A DNA stretch of 63,891 nt, filler included, from Thraustochytrium aureum (GCA_012862495.1; 8 parts of 6 records of this genome joined end to end with filler, not necessarily neighbours in it), one strand, 5' to 3'; counted from the whole stretch's first letter, positions 11,348 to 24,382 are shown. The notes: generated by a model from the letters alone, not told the origin. Made by a program: numbers and translations.

Positions 11348-14300
11348 ATGGGCGTCTTTACGCGGGATGGGCGACGCGTCTCGCCATCGAAATCACGGCG
11401 ATCACCCGAGGGCGTCACACCTACTATCCTCCCTGGAATCGCACGCGCCGCTGCACATCGAAGCGCCGCGACATATGCAACGGCCTTGCAACAGGTTCCG
11501 GATGAGAGAATCCCAAGCGCAGCTCAGGGCTTGCGTGCCGGTCTGTACAACCTCGAGAATGCCACCTTTAGCTGGCCCGTTTCATCGAGTGCGGGGGCGC
11601 AGCGTCCGGGTGCAGAGCTGGCTGCGCCGAACGTGTGGCCCCCAGGAGCCGCAAGCTTGTACAGAGCTGGACATGGCTCAATAGGCGCCATGTTATCGGC
11701 ATCAGCCATTGAGGCAACTGCGTCGTTGCTGAGGTCTTCTTCGTCCTCCACGTCTGCGAGTTCTTTGGCCAGCACGCCTTCCATGCTGCTCCTTGCAGAG
11801 CAAGTGGCTCGAGCCACTGGCGCGCCGTCAGAACCGCATGCAAGCACAGCGAGCTGGGGTGAGTTGGGCACGCCAAACCAAGCGCGCGTTCAATCGCGCG
11901 AAGGGGGCGCAGGACGAAATCGCGCGCCGGACAGGTCGAGAGGGGCGCAGTCAAGGTCGAGCCTGGATCGAACGATGCTCTGGCGGCGCATAGCAGGCAG
12001 TCGGGGATGGAATGGGGCGTTGGCACTCCGAATTTGCTGTCCGAGCCGGCAGAGGCCGCGACGGTGCCGCCTGTCATTGTGGCCATCCAACAAGCGGACA
12101 ACCCCAACTATATTCCGCCTGGAGCAGACTATCTGATGCCAAACGGCAAGCCGATCCCAGGATTTGGGCCGAAAGCAATTTTCGTAACCGCTGATGGGGT
12201 CAAATACAGCACGAAGAACGCGAAGGGCAGGTTTCGGCGCAAGAAGCAGCGGCTTTGCGGATACACAATCGAGTGCGACAACGCCGCCCGTGGCGCGTCC
12301 GGCCTGTGCATCCAGCATGGTGGCGGTCGGCGCTGTAGCATGAGCGGCTGCACAAACGGAGCGGAGAATGGCGGAAACTCGTTGTTCTGCAAGCGCCACG
12401 GAGGTGGCAGGCGCTGCCAGGGACCGAACTGTGACAAGTCTGCGCGAGGGGGTACGCCATTCTGCATTTCGCATGGTGGAGGCCGCAGATGCCTCGAGGA
12501 GGGTTGCACCAAGGCTGCAGCGGACGGGTCTGAAGTCTGCATCACTCATGGCGGCAAGCGACGTTGCCGCTTTCCGGGGCACTGCAAAGCGAACGCGCAA
12601 AAGGACTCGCCGTTCTGCCGTGCGCACCACGGCGACCCGATCTGCGAGCTGTGGAGCTGCAATCGGCCCTCCGTGGAGCAGTTTGGGTTTCGCAGGTGTG
12701 AGCTCCACCCGAACAGTGCATATCAGGAGCCAGCTCGGCGAAGGCGCTCTCGAGGCGGTTCGTCAGCGGCGGGCTCCAAGTCTGCTCATGGTGCGAGCAA
12801 GCGGGCGAGCAAGTCAGCAGCGGGCTCTTTTTGTTCAGCGCAGCAAGCGCGCTCTGCAAAAGAGTCTTCTCTGCCTGGGGCGTCGCTGGCCACCGCGAAG
12901 AGGCGCCTCTGCAACTTTCCGCGCTGCCCCAACCACACGAAGAGCCTGGAGGGGTTTTGTGAGAACCACACGCGAGGCGCGGTGTGCATCGAGACGCGCT
13001 GTCCGCGACGCGCCGTGTTCGGGCATCGGGTTTGCAGTTCTCACGGCGGACCGCCCCTCTGCGAGACCTCGTCGTGCGCGACCCCGGCTGCGAGAGGCGC
13101 CCCTTGTGCGTTCGACACGGGGGCGGCCCGAAATGCGCCGCCGAGCAGTGCGCCAGACTCGCTGTCACTGGTGGACTGTGCGCGCTGCATGGATCTGAGG
13201 AGCGCCTTCAAGTGGCCAACTTGCGGCGCTCAAACTTGCGCAAGCATTTGGCCGACTTGCACGCTTCGCCTCCTGATACCAGGCTCGCAGAGGTCGAACA
13301 CTACGACCTCGTGAGCCTGGAGGAATCACGCTGCGACCAGCGAGTATGCAGTCGATGACTCTGCTGCCGGTAGCCGCGAACGAGATGGCTGCTCAAGCAG
13401 CACCTCAGTCTGGTCGGGGCAGACAAGCAACCGGCAAGCCTTGACGCCCTATTTGCGGACTTGTCCCTGCCGGAGCGTATCTCGGAGCGCATCAGCGAGG
13501 AGAGGTCAAAGGACAAGCGGCGCGCGATCGACCGAGCCCCAAATGGCCAACCCTTGGATGCCTCCTTGGTGGTGGACAGGGCAACCTCTTCTCCTGCGAG
13601 CGAAGACGAGAGCGAGGAGGAGGAGGAGGAGGAGGAGGATAGCAGCACGATCGGGTTTCACAACGCCCACGAGCTCGCTGATACCGAGAATCTGTGGAAC
13701 TCGCGCCATGAAGCAGCTGCCCTCGGCCGGTTGAAGGAGATTCAAGCGAAACTGAGCGAGCAGCAGACGTGGCTGGATAAGTTGATCAATCTTGTAAAGG
13801 CTTACCGCGCGATCGAGCTGGAGCGGAAGCGCGTAATTGACGAGTGCCGGACGGCAAACTCTGGACTTGGCCTGCCGAGGCCTGAGCATCTCGAGCAAGC
13901 CTTGGACGAGACCCGACAGGATCTTAGGGTTAGAGGCCGCGAGATCCGCAAACTTATCGCGCGGCTCAAGATCCCAGTCAAGCGCTTCGACGCGCCGGTC
14001 TCGTTCATGCGATGCGTCCGCGAGAGAATCGCGTCGAACGCCAAGTTCCTCGACAAGTCCCCGTTCCTCTTGGCGCAGTTCAAAGCTAGCCAGCCAATGA
14101 CCATGGAGCCAAAGGCGTCGGAGGCCCAGGGTGGCCCTCTCGGCAAACGCATGCAACATAGCGACGCGGACGATGAAGAAGCTGGCGTGCTCGCGCCACG
14201 TGCAACTGCATCTGCGGCTGACGCGGACACACGGCTTGGGCCTGCGGCCGGTTCGACCCAATCTGGCGGCACTCCGCGAAGCAGCAGCGACCAGCTTGAG

Positions 14301-14540
14301 GAAGAAGAGCCTTGCAAGAAGAAGCCGCGTTTGAGCGGCGCGTCACGAAGACATGCGGGCCTTAGCGCGTTTGCTGAAGCGGCGGTTTCGTCGCAGGCAC
14401 TGATGCTGTGCTGCGACGACGCGCCAGGCATGGAAACGCAGTCGCTAAGTGAGGCAAGGGACGGCAACGTGGCTCGCGGGGCCGAGAGGTCGAGCCTTTC
14501 AAGCCGTCCAGATTCACCGCTCGAGTCAGCGATGGTGTAG
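11348..14540 (+). CDS. WRKY19-like Cys/His repeat (CxxxGCxKxAxxxxxCxxHGGG) putative zinc-finger protein with acidic and coiled-coil C-terminus; several frame breaks
   Basis: About 9-10 repeats such as CQGPNCDKSARGGTPFCISHGGGRRC occur in ORFs 12007-13314 and 12984-13358. ORFs 11348-12136 and 13461-14540 abut these in other frames. Joining them into one gene is inferred, and the 13461-14540 part could be separate. Confidence 0.7.
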
Positions 14541-14637
14541 GCGACAAGGTAAGCGACGCTTTCTTGTCCCAAAAAAAACGATTAAGAATTCCTTCCAACC
14601 GCTGCGCCCTTCCAATACCCAGCAACATCATTCTCTA

Positions 14638-15911
14638 CTAGGAGGACGGCTGACTTGGCTGGAAAGACACTGCGGGTATTGCCGGTCCATCTGACGCGGC
14701 TGTCGTGGCGCTGGATTGGGCCCCGCCGCGGCCGCGGCCCCCTCGACCTCGGTAACGGGGCTTTGGGTATCGTCGCGCGCTGTTGGGCTTGCTGGAGCTG
14801 GCAGCCTGGCCATCGCTTGGCTGCGCGGCCGCCCCGCCTGAAGAGCTGAGTTGGTCTGGGGCAGTCGCCGAGGCAGGCTTGGGTTGCGCCTGGCCGCGAG
14901 ACGCTCCGCGGCTGCGGCTGCTAGAACCACGAGTCTTCGAGGCGTTCTGCTTTGCGCTCGGGCGTTGCGTGTCAGCCCCATTCGCCGCTTGCCCAGGGTT
15001 CTGATGGTTTGTGCCATTTCCAGTTGCAGTGGACCCGTTTCCGGCGTTTGCAGAGTGGTTCGATCGAGCAGCCTGCGGGCCGCTGGGCTTTGCCGGTGAG
15101 TTTCTCGCGGTCTGTGCACCAGCCGCAGCTTTTGCCCCGGCGGCCTTTGGCCCGGCGGCCTTTGGCCCAGGGGTCTTTGGCCCAGGGGTCTTTGCCCCAG
15201 CGGGCTTTGCGCCAGGCTGCTTGTCAGCAGCTTGTGTGGGCCCGGCCGCTGTCCGCTCACTTCCAGGAGCCTTTGCAGCAGTCGCCTTGGCCGGAGCCTT
15301 CCTCCGCCGCGAGGAGCGTGTCGAGTTGGCGTCCGCACCATGCTGCTGGCTTGGCGCTTGGGATGGGGTCGTTGGCTGGATCCCGCTCGAGGAGAAAGGG
15401 CCTGCTCGAGTCTCGGCAGGCTCGTTCTTCGCGCCAGCAGATGGGTTAGCTGGACCAGCTTCGCTCATCGTGCCAGCGGGCGGATTCGGCTTTCGCCGTT
15501 TCTGACGGCGACGCTGCTGCGCGGCAGGCGCCTTGCTCTTGCCCGCGGCCCCGTTGCTGGTTTCGTTGACAGCCTCCTGTAGCCAGGACTCTGTGAGCTC
15601 CTGGCCCAGGCGCTTGGCGACAGATCTCGAGGTTTCATCGACTCCTTGCGGGCCCGATCTACTCGATACCTCCGAGCCTCGCGGCGCGGATTCCTCGCGT
15701 GCCGTCGACCTTGCTGCGCCATCGCCACCGCTCGGGGGCACCGCCGTCGCGCAGCCTGTCAGCGGCCGCGCCTTTGGCGGCCGGCGTTCGCGGCCTCTTG
15801 TGTCTGGGCCTGTCGCTTGCTGGCGTTGAGCGCGAGGCCAGCCAGCATCACGGCGAGCCCGAGGCCCGCCAAGATGGCCAATTTGGGCGGCCCCGACGCC
15901 TCCTGCGCCAT
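14638..15911 (-). CDS. Hypothetical signal-anchored, low-complexity Ala/Pro/Lys/Gln-rich protein; one frame break
   Basis: MAQEASGPPKLAILAGLGLAVMLAGLALNA (ATG 15911) shifts into the 367-aa ORF 14638-15741, which has (P/A)GxK pentapeptide repeats and an RGRGGRGRGG box. Confidence 0.6.
15129..15218. repeat. Coding 15-bp tandem repeat, about 6 copies (PGAKP/AGAKT/PGPKT/AGPKA)
   Basis: Units such as ctttggcccggcggc and ctttggcccaggggt are adjacent. Confidence 0.8.
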
Positions 15912-16739
15912 TTTGCTCGCGCCGCTCGCGCAGCAGAGCTCACGCAGCCGCCAGCGAGCGAGCGGTGGAGACCAGGTGGAGAACCTCGCTCGCGCCAACC
16001 GCAGCCGGGTGCACGTCGCGCGCACTTGGGGCTCTGCGGCTACTCGTACCAACCATCACCACCCGCACCCCACCACCGTGGAGGCGCCATGGGCGAATGA
16101 AGCCCGCTGGCCCCCCGACTCGGGGCACGGCCACGGACAGCGGCAGCCCGCCCTGGCGCAGAGGCTCGGGCGCGGGAGCGCCGTTCAGCTGGTGGGCAGC
16201 TGCAAGATGGACGGACGGGAGGGAGCGAGCAAGGCCAAGTGAACGCTTTTTNNNNNNNNNNNNNNNNNNNNNNNNNNNNNNNNNNNNNNNNNNNNNNNNN
16301 NNNNNNNNNNNNNNNNNNNNNNNNNNNNNNCTCTCCAAGATTTCAACAACAACCAAGCCCAACCGCTCAGCGCGCGAAGCGGGCGCACCGTCGCGCGCGG
16401 CTCGCCCGCCACGCCTGTCAGCGCGCAGCCTGGCCCCTGCTCGCTGCGCGCTGACAGGCGTCTGCCTGCCTGCCTGCCTACTACAGTGCCAGCCTGTCAC
16501 AGGCCCGCACGCACTGGCTAACCGCCAGGACCTCTAGCCAGCGCAGGCGTCGCAGGAGTCGCAGGCCGCGATGGACGCCGCCGCGCAGGCAGACCCCGAA
16601 CACGCGAGCTGCGCTGGAGCTGTTGCGGCCACGGCACGAGGCCGACTTGAGCGCTCCGCGGGCCTGCCTGGTTTTGGTCGTCGGCCTGGTCGGTGCGGCT
16701 TGGGCGCGCGAAAGGTCCCTGTCCATCCTCGCGTCCACG

Positions 16740-16803
16740 CAGGCATCCCAGGCAGGAAGGCAGGCAGGCAGGAAGGCAGGAAGGCAGGCAGGCNGGAAGG
16801 CAG
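16740..16803 (+). repeat. (GGCA/GGAA)n microsatellite upstream of CNPY
   Basis: caggcaggaaggcaggcaggcaggaaggcagg... ends about 60 bp before the ATG. Confidence 0.85.
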
Positions 16804-16864
16804 CCACGCAAGTGCTTGGTCCGGCGTGTGAGGGAGATACTGTTCGGTTCGCGGGAGGGCTAGG

Positions 16865-17686
16865 ATGGCGCGCGGTATGAGGCTTGTGCGGGTCGCGGTC
16901 GTCGTGGTGGCCTTCGGGGCGGCGGTGCAGGCCCAGGATGATGGGCTGGGCGATATGGGCGACATGATGGGTGGCATGGGCGACATGGGCGACATGATGG
17001 GCGGCATGGGCGGTGACGGAGGCATGGGCGAGATGGACATGGAGAAGATCATGGCCATGATGCAGCAGCAGCAGGGCGGCATGGGCGGCATGGGCGGCAT
17101 GATGGGCGGGCCACCTGGTGGAGTCGTCTATGAGGGCGTGCAGCGCGACGTCAAGCTCGTGCTGTGCGACACGTGCAAGGCGATGGTGGACAGTGGCATT
17201 GAAAGGGTCGGCGCACTGCGCAAGAGCCTGCCGAACACCAAGATTAGCGAGACACGCGTCGACGAGTTGATGGACAAGGTCTGCGAGCCGAAAGAAGCTG
17301 CCGGCGCGTGGATGACCAAGTTGGACATGGTCGAGGAAGGCGACCGCGTTGTGCTAAAGAAACAGAGCTCGCCCGGGCAGTGCCGCGCTGAATGCAAGAC
17401 GATCGAGCTCGCCTGTCGCAAGGCAGTTGAGGAAGTGGGCCCCGACTTGGTCGAGCTCTTGTACTTGGAAAAGTCGCCCGAGGAGATGTACGACGCGCTG
17501 TGCGGGCGGGGCCTCAAGCGATTCAAGGGCGCCTGCGGGAAGCCGTATCCGAAAATCCCGGAGGGACGCGAGCCTATCGAGGACTTTGTTGCCAAGACGG
17601 AGGAGGAAATTGCGATGGACGAGCTCAACAGCAAGATCCGCTCGACTCCTGGGCTGAACAGCTTTAACCTGCGGGACGAGCTCTAA
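16865..17686 (+). CDS. CNPY: Canopy (CNPY/DUF3456, saposin-like) ER luminal protein
   Basis: Signal peptide, Gly/Met/Asp repeat, saposin-type cysteines (LCDTCKAMV, DKVC, CRAECKTIELAC, LC...GAC) and C-terminal RDEL retention signal. Confidence 0.75.
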   Translation: MARGMRLVRVAVVVVAFGAAVQAQDDGLGDMGDMMGGMGDMGDMMGGMGGDGGMGEMDMEKIMAMMQQQQGGMGGMGGMMGGPPGGVVYEGVQRDVKLVLCDTCKAMVDSGIERVGALRKSLPNTKISETRVDELMDKVCEPKEAAGAWMTKLDMVEEGDRVVLKKQSSPGQCRAECKTIELACRKAVEEVGPDLVELLYLEKSPEEMYDALCGRGLKRFKGACGKPYPKIPEGREPIEDFVAKTEEEIAMDELNSKIRSTPGLNSFNLRDEL

Positions 17687-17912
17687 GGTACGAGTATGCC
17701 GCCCACGGCGGCTGCATGCTGTGTGCATGTGCGCGAGCTCCCGACGCGGGCCATGCCGCGCCCATGCAGTTCGAGATGAAAGTCATGAAAGCCAGCGTTG
17801 GGTTGCCCTTAAAAAAAAATAGATGTTGTACACGACGGCAATTGGAGCGCAAGTTGCGCCGGCTCGCGGCTGCCACCAGTTTACAGCTCCGCGGCCCTCA
17901 GGGCTACAGAGC

Positions 17913-20483
17913 CTACAGAGCCGCGCGGTCCGGCGTTGCGTCGCCGATGGTGTCCACCCCGCCCCCGTTGAGCGCGGAATGGATACGGATGCGGACAGAG
18001 TCGGCCGACTTTGTGGTGGGGGCGCAAAGCCCGAGAAACTCGAGCTCGGCGAGAGCGTGCAGGAACCTCGCGCGAACAGCGGGGTCGTCTGGGAGTGCAG
18101 CGCCGTCGTCTGCGACGGCGCAAAACTCCGCAAACCAAGTGAGGAGCGCCAGGTTGCGCTGCGTCTTGTGGCCGTTCATAATCTGGAACACCAGGCAAGT
18201 GTCCGACTGAACGTTTGTGGGGTCTGAGAGCGCCTTGCAGAGCGTCGCTCTTGGCTGCGCGTTGAAGCCCGTGCGGAGCGACTTGTGCTGGCTGAAGAAA
18301 AGAGCTCGCCGAGCGGGGCCTCGCGCACATCCCAAGCGGCGACAACTGCTGTCCGCCACCACTCCATGAAGCATCGTCGAGCGGCGCTAGACTGCCCCAG
18401 CTGCAACTGCTTGGCGCGCAAGTTCTTCCGCAGCACCTTTTTGTTGAGCCGCAGCGGCCGCCCTGCGCCTGCGCCGCCAGCTGCAAGCGGCGTTGGGCTG
18501 CCCACGGACCCGCGCATTGCACGCGACGGGGACGACGGCCGCGAGCCAGCGCTGGGGGCCGTCCCGGCCTCGCTGCGATCGAGCGGGGCGCCCTTCTCGT
18601 GGAGCCCATCGGCGCGATCCTGCGCGAGTTCGGCCTCCCGAAGCGCGGTGTAGGCTGCAAACAGGTCTGCCGCCCCCGGGAGGGCCGATGCAACCTCGGG
18701 CAATAGCTTCCCCACAAGGGCGTCGATCGTCTCCATCGAGCACGACTCGAGGCCAGAGGTAATTGTGCTGACCGCCTTGCTGTGCGACATGTCAGCAAAC
18801 ACAACCCGCGGGGAAAGCGACTGCGCGGCGGCTTGCCCGAGGCTGCGCTCGGCGACGCACAGGGTCTTGAAGACGCTGGGCCAGATTCGGCGGTTTTCGA
18901 GCTGATGCTCGAGCCAGCCGCGAACGAGGTTGAGACGCGCTTGCATGTCGCTGACCTGATCGAGCGAGCCTCTCGTCGATTTTAGCATTGCAATGCTGGC
19001 GACCTCGTGGGGCGAGAGCACCAACTCGGCGGGATTCGTCACGGTGCACAAGAATGCGGCGTTGAAGCGAGCAAAGTGGTCGATCGCCGCAAGCTGGAAC
19101 GCACGCAGAAAGCTGTTGATCGAGAGCTCGCTCGCGAGGAAAAAGGTGCTGAGCCATCTCGCGGCGCGATGGCTGAGACGCAACGGGCTCTCGCAGTCCA
19201 GCACGAGCCGCTCGAACAGCTGGTCGATTACGAGCTTCGAGTTGGTCGGCTTGAACTTGCGCAGGCGCAGCCGGGCCGTCTCGCGCCGCGAGAAGATCCC
19301 GTCCGCGCCCATGTAGTTGGAGCTGCGGAGCCCCAGCACCGCGCCGACGCGCATCCGCGATCGCGGGTCGCTGTGATAGTGCTGCAGCACGGCCGCAGTG
19401 CCTCGCATGACCGCAGGGTCGATGCTCTCGGCGTCCTCAAACACGACGACAACTGGCAGCTTTTCGCCTGGAGGAGCAAAGCCCAGGTCTAGCTCTCCCG
19501 ACGCGAGAAGGTCGTCGACGTCTTCGAGGTCGACCCGCTTGCGCGTTTTGGTCCGAGCCCCCCGGCGCACGGGCTCTGCTGCGAGCTGTTGTGCCCGGGC
19601 CCTGGTCGGGGCCGTCTGCGCCGTCAAAGTCAGAGCCCGCGTCCTCGTCGCTGTCGCTGCAGAGCTCGCCGCGCAGCACGCCGCCGCGAAGCTTTCGGGT
19701 CTGCTTTCGGAGCCCTGCCGTGGTTTGGGTCGAATACTGCCGCAGGGAGAGGATGCGCGACGTGCGCTGCGTGCGCGTGGCGGCTGGGGCTTGCCTTGAG
19801 GTTTCGGGCCGTCGAGCCGTGAGCGTTTGCGCGAGGTCTCTCTGGCTGCTTCGGCGAGCTGGCCAGCGATGCTCTCTACGGCGGTTTTCGTGGAGAGGCA
19901 GTCCTCCCTGTCGACCACGGCGACGAGTGGGGTGCAAGCGCGCCTGATTCTGCTGCAGATGTGGCGGAACGAGATCTCGTTGTCCGCAACGTTGAGGCCA
20001 GCCAGGAGGACGGCCATGCGCACGGCCTCCTCGTCGTGCTCGTTTAGAAAACTGCAAAGCTCCTCCGCATCCAGGCCTTTGATCACACTGGACGCAACCA
20101 GTTCGATTTTCCTCCAACAGCTTTCATAGGCCTGTTCGTTCCTTTCGGATTTCACGTGCCGAAACGCCTTCCACTGCCGCATGCACTCCTCGAGCATATC
20201 CTCCTCCTCCTCCTCATCTCATCTCGTCGTCGTCGTCCCTGCCCGGCCGCCCTCCGCGATCGCCGCCCCGTCGCCGCTCGTCGCTTGCGTCTTTTCGCGA
20301 GCGTTTCCTCGTGGCCGACTTGTTGTTGGCCGCCTTGGTGTTGGCCGCCTTGTTCGCCACTTTGTGGGCCTGGGTGCCCTCGTGGTCATGACGACCATCC
20401 CGCTGATGGGCTCTATCTGCCTCGTCCTGCACGCTCTGCACAAACCCGTGCGCGAAGAACACGCTGGCGTCCGTCGCGGACAT
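17913..20483 (-). CDS. ORC3: Origin recognition complex subunit 3; several frame breaks
   Basis: VLLAGLNVAD, PVVVVFEDAESID, AAIDHF and the winged-helix tail ARFLHALAELEFLGLCAPTTKSADSV (ORF 17913-18374) are present. The N-terminus is probably ORF 20214-20483. Confidence 0.85.
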
Positions 20484-20500
20484 CCTCCTGTCACGCGCAC

Positions 20501-20670
20501 CGGCAGGCAGACTGGCAGGCAGACTGGCAGGCTAGCAGGCTGGGTGGTTGACTGGCTGACTGGCTGGCTGACTGGCTGGCTGGCTGGCTGGCTGACTGAC
20601 TGGCTGGCTGGTTGATAGGCTGGCTGGCTGACTGGCTGGCTGGCTGATAGGCTGGCTGGCTGGCTGGCAG
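20501..20670. repeat. (GGCT/GACT)n and (GGCA)n microsatellite upstream of ORC3
   Basis: About 170 bp of ggctggctgactggct... directly 5' of the ORC3 start. Confidence 0.92.
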
Positions 20671-20880
20671 GAAATCACTCGATGGGGCTCTGCTGCGCTC
20701 GTTCAAAAAACTTCAAACGTGCCACCGCACCNNNNNNNNNNNNNNNNNNNNNNNNNNNNNNNNNNNNNNNNNNNNTTAATTAATTAANNNNNNNNNNNNN
20801 NNNNNNNNNNNNNNNNNNNNNNNNNNNNNNNGTTTTGGTGGCACGAGGACGCTGGTTTTGGCGGCGGCCCTCGAGTTGCC

Positions 20881-23800
20881 ATGCGTGGGAGCCCACTCGA
20901 AGGCGCGCAAGGTGACGAGGACGAGACCGTCGAAGATGCGGAATGCGACGGCGCGGCAAGCAGCGTGGCACGGTGGACGGAAGGGCGTGCGCGCGAGGAG
21001 CTCGAGAAGACGCACAAGCTCGCTACCGAATTTGATGACTGGTTTCAGAACTTGTTCAAGGATGATGCCAGGCTTGGCGAGACCGAGGGCGCCGCGAAGG
21101 GCAGCCAGGGGGCCAAGGCGCGACGGCTGAGCTTGGGCGGGACCTCGTCAAGCCTTTTGCTGAACGGAAAGCTGGCGAACGGAAAGGTTGTGCGACGGCA
21201 GCAGTCCCTGCCAGACATTCGCAAGGGGTTTATTGTTGGGGACAGACGCGAGATCCTCGAATCTGACAAAGAAAGGGAGGAGCGCGAGCAAGCGCAGGCC
21301 GAGCTCGAGAGGCGAGAGAGTCTGAAATTCCGTCGCATTGAGTGGAAGAGCGACCGAAAACTGAGTGTGGCGCCAGACCCGGAGCGCGCTCTGGCGGCTG
21401 CGGCTGGATCCACCGAGTATGACGCCGCGCTGCACTTTGACCTGGGGCCGACGGGCCTCGGGCAGCCTGGCGATTTGGCCAAGCTTGCACCAGGCGTCTC
21501 CTTCTTCCCCCTTATTGCCCAGGCTGCCAAGGCTGCCCCGAGGTTGCGCGCATGCCTTTCGAGCTGCCTGGCGGTTGGGTTTGCGCCAGGAACCGGCGGG
21601 GCGTCCAGTACAGATGGGTTTGTTCATCGAGATGCAGCAGGTGGCTCGAACCAGCAAGTCCTGACGCGCGGATATTCGATGTCGACCGTGTTGGATGCGG
21701 CCGACGAGCTCTTTCTTGGAGCCGAGTTTGTCGGGTTTCCGGTCGCTGTGGCGAAGCGAACACACTTTAAGCTGGAGGCCACGCGGCCAAGTTCTTCCCC
21801 GCGCTGCGAAAACGTCGTTCAGATTGGGCCACATTCCTCACTAGTGTTTCTCTACACGAAGGAGCATATCCTGCAAGAGTTCTCGCGGAGCCTTTCCGGG
21901 CCGCTCATGCTCCAAAAGTACATCAAGTCAAAGGGTGCGAGGCCGTGGGCCGTGCGAGTCCAGTATTGCTCGAAGCTTGCGACGTGCAAGCGCGTCTGGG
22001 TGCTGACAAGCACGTCCGAGTTTGTTCTTCAACCGGACAAGGAGAGCGCAACGCGAGTTGGGCAGATTTGGGGCCGCGCCTCGAGTGAGCAACGCCGCCA
22101 GGCGCTAGACACAGCCGCCAAGGATTTCGCGGCTATCCACGTGCCTGTGGCCCGGGAGGAGAGCAGCTCGGTGAGCGCAGAGCGGCGGCTGGGCTCGCTT
22201 CACCCGCTTCGGGGGACAAGCGCGCAGAGCATATACACGCACCAGTTGGCAACTGACACAAGCTCCCGAGGGCGTTGCAGCATTGTGCCCGCGAAGGCCG
22301 CGGTCTGGCCAGAGCCCGTCAAGCTTGGGGAAGACTGGGCCATGCCATTTGCAAATCGACACGATTTCCTTTCGAGGAGCTCGTGTTTGACTTTGTCCAA
22401 GACGAAGCCGAGATGTGGTGGCTTCTCCAGGTGAAATCGTACAAGCTGAACTCGCAAGCTGCCGTCGTGGAGGCGCTTCAACGAGGAAAGTGACAACATG
22501 CAGCCAGTCCGGGTTCTGAGGCCTTGTCCGGCGGAAGCGCAGCAGCCGCGATCGCGGATCAGCGTCGAGTCTCCTGCTCCAAAAGCGTTTGCATGCGCGG
22601 GCGACTTTTGCGCCGAGTTGGATGCAACTGCAGGTGGCGACGGAGCGCAAGGCGGAGGATTGGACAAGCAGCAGCACCAAGTCCTGAAGCGCCAGGTGTT
22701 TCTAGAAAGAGCCGCAGCTAGAGCGGAGGAAGCGGGCCATCAAGGGGCCGAGCAGCTCAAGGTGCTGCATACAGAAGTCGACTTGGAGCGCTGGTTCACG
22801 GCAGCGGAGGCAAAGCAGCAGCTCGAACCGACGCGCGTCTGTGAAAGTTGCTATCTGTTCTACGCGAGGGCGGCTGAGCGCAGGAAGCGTCTGCACGAGA
22901 AGCGCGCGATGCGTTCTCGAGCGGGTGACGCCAAGGCCGACGTGGCCTGCAAAAGGCTGTACGAGCGCTTTGCCGGGGACGAACGTGCCAAAAACATGCA
23001 GATGGCAAGCATGATGGTCGAGCAGGAGGAGGAGCGAAAGCGCCACGAGCAGGAGGCCGCCGCAGCACGTGCCAAGAATCAACAGTCCAACGCCGAGAAG
23101 CGCTTGAAGCGCCGCCGGCGCAAGCAAAGCCGCCGTTGCACTGAGNNNNNNNNNNNNNNNNNNNNNNNNNNNNNNNNNNNNNNNNNNNNNNNNNNNNNNN
23201 NNNNNNNNNNNNNNNNNNNNNNNNNNNNNNNNNNNNNNNNNNNNNNNNNNNNNNNNNNNNNNNNNNNNNNNNNNNNNNNNNNNNNNNNNNNNNNNNNNNN
23301 NNNNNNNNNNNNNNNNNNNNNNNNNNNNNNNNNNNNNNNNNNNNNNNNNNNNNNNNNNNNNNNNNNNNNNNNNNNNNNNNNNNNNNNNNNNNNNNNNNNN
23401 NNNNNNNNNNNNNNNNNNNNNNNNNNNNNNNNNNNNNNNNNNNNNNNNNNNNNNNNNNNNNNNNNNNNNNNNNNNNNNNNNNNNNNNNNNNNNNNNNNNN
23501 NNNNNNNNNNNNNNNNNNNNNNNNNNNNNNNNNNNNNNNNNNNNNNNNNNNNNNNNNNNNNNNNNNNNNNNNCCCGACCTTGAGGGTGTTGACGAGTTTG
23601 AGGACGACGAGTGGTCGAGTCGAGCGTGGGCCCAAGGAAATAACGAACCTGGCGGTCCAGCTACCACCCTCGACGGCGACGGTTCAGCTCGGGGAGGCTG
23701 GGACACGTCAAGGTCCTCGCGGCGCTCGTCTCGCGGCGGGCCGCGCGTCTCTGCTGTGAGCAAGAGCTTTGCCAGCATGTTTGTGTCAAATAGCGAGGAG

Positions 23801-24100
23801 TCCGACAGCCGCGAGGAAGCCGGGATGTTGGGCGTGAAGCGCCAAGCGCAGAAGAGGATCGACGACGCGGGCAAAGCGGGCGTTCTCTGCCCGTTCGGCT
23901 GCGGCGCACGCCTGCACGGTTCGGTTCCAGGCTCCTTGAAGGGCACGCACGCCGCGTGGGCTGCACACATGCAAGACTGCCCCAGAAAGCATCGCATCAA
24001 GTCTGCGATGCCGCAGTCGATGCCGATGGCAGAAAAGCCGGTTCGACGGGGCTTGGGGATTGCCAAAGTGCAAAGTACCGTCTCGGAGCTGGACTTTTGA
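20881..24100 (+). CDS. Hypothetical protein with ATP-grasp-like region, Cys motifs, coiled coil and C-terminal TRAF-type zinc-finger-like motif; frame breaks and an internal gap
   Basis: GPLMLQKYIKSKG...AVRV, FEELVFDFVQDEAEMWWLLQVKSY, CAGDFC...RVCESCYLFY and CPFGC...H...CP occur across ORFs 20881-22434, 22275-22493, 22498 onward and 23756-24100. Continuity across the gap 23146-23572 is inferred. Confidence 0.6.
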
Positions 24101-24382
24101 TTGATCAGGTTGCGGCCGAGACGCAAGAGGACCCTCCTTGCCGAGCCCAACTCTTCCTCGGCCATGCTCTCGTCCCAGCGCAGTAGGTGTAGCGTGATTA
24201 GGTGTATCATTTTTTTAGACCAAGAATAACTTCCTGGCTACCGACCGGGCCGTCATGGATCATGAGCTACGTGCCTTGGGCACGGTGCTGGCGGGCTCGT
24301 GGTCTGTTTGGAGTTGCGGGATTGTTTTGCCTGCGTTGGGTGCTAGCCGCTCAAGAACTTTAGGGGCATGCAAGTCCTTTAT

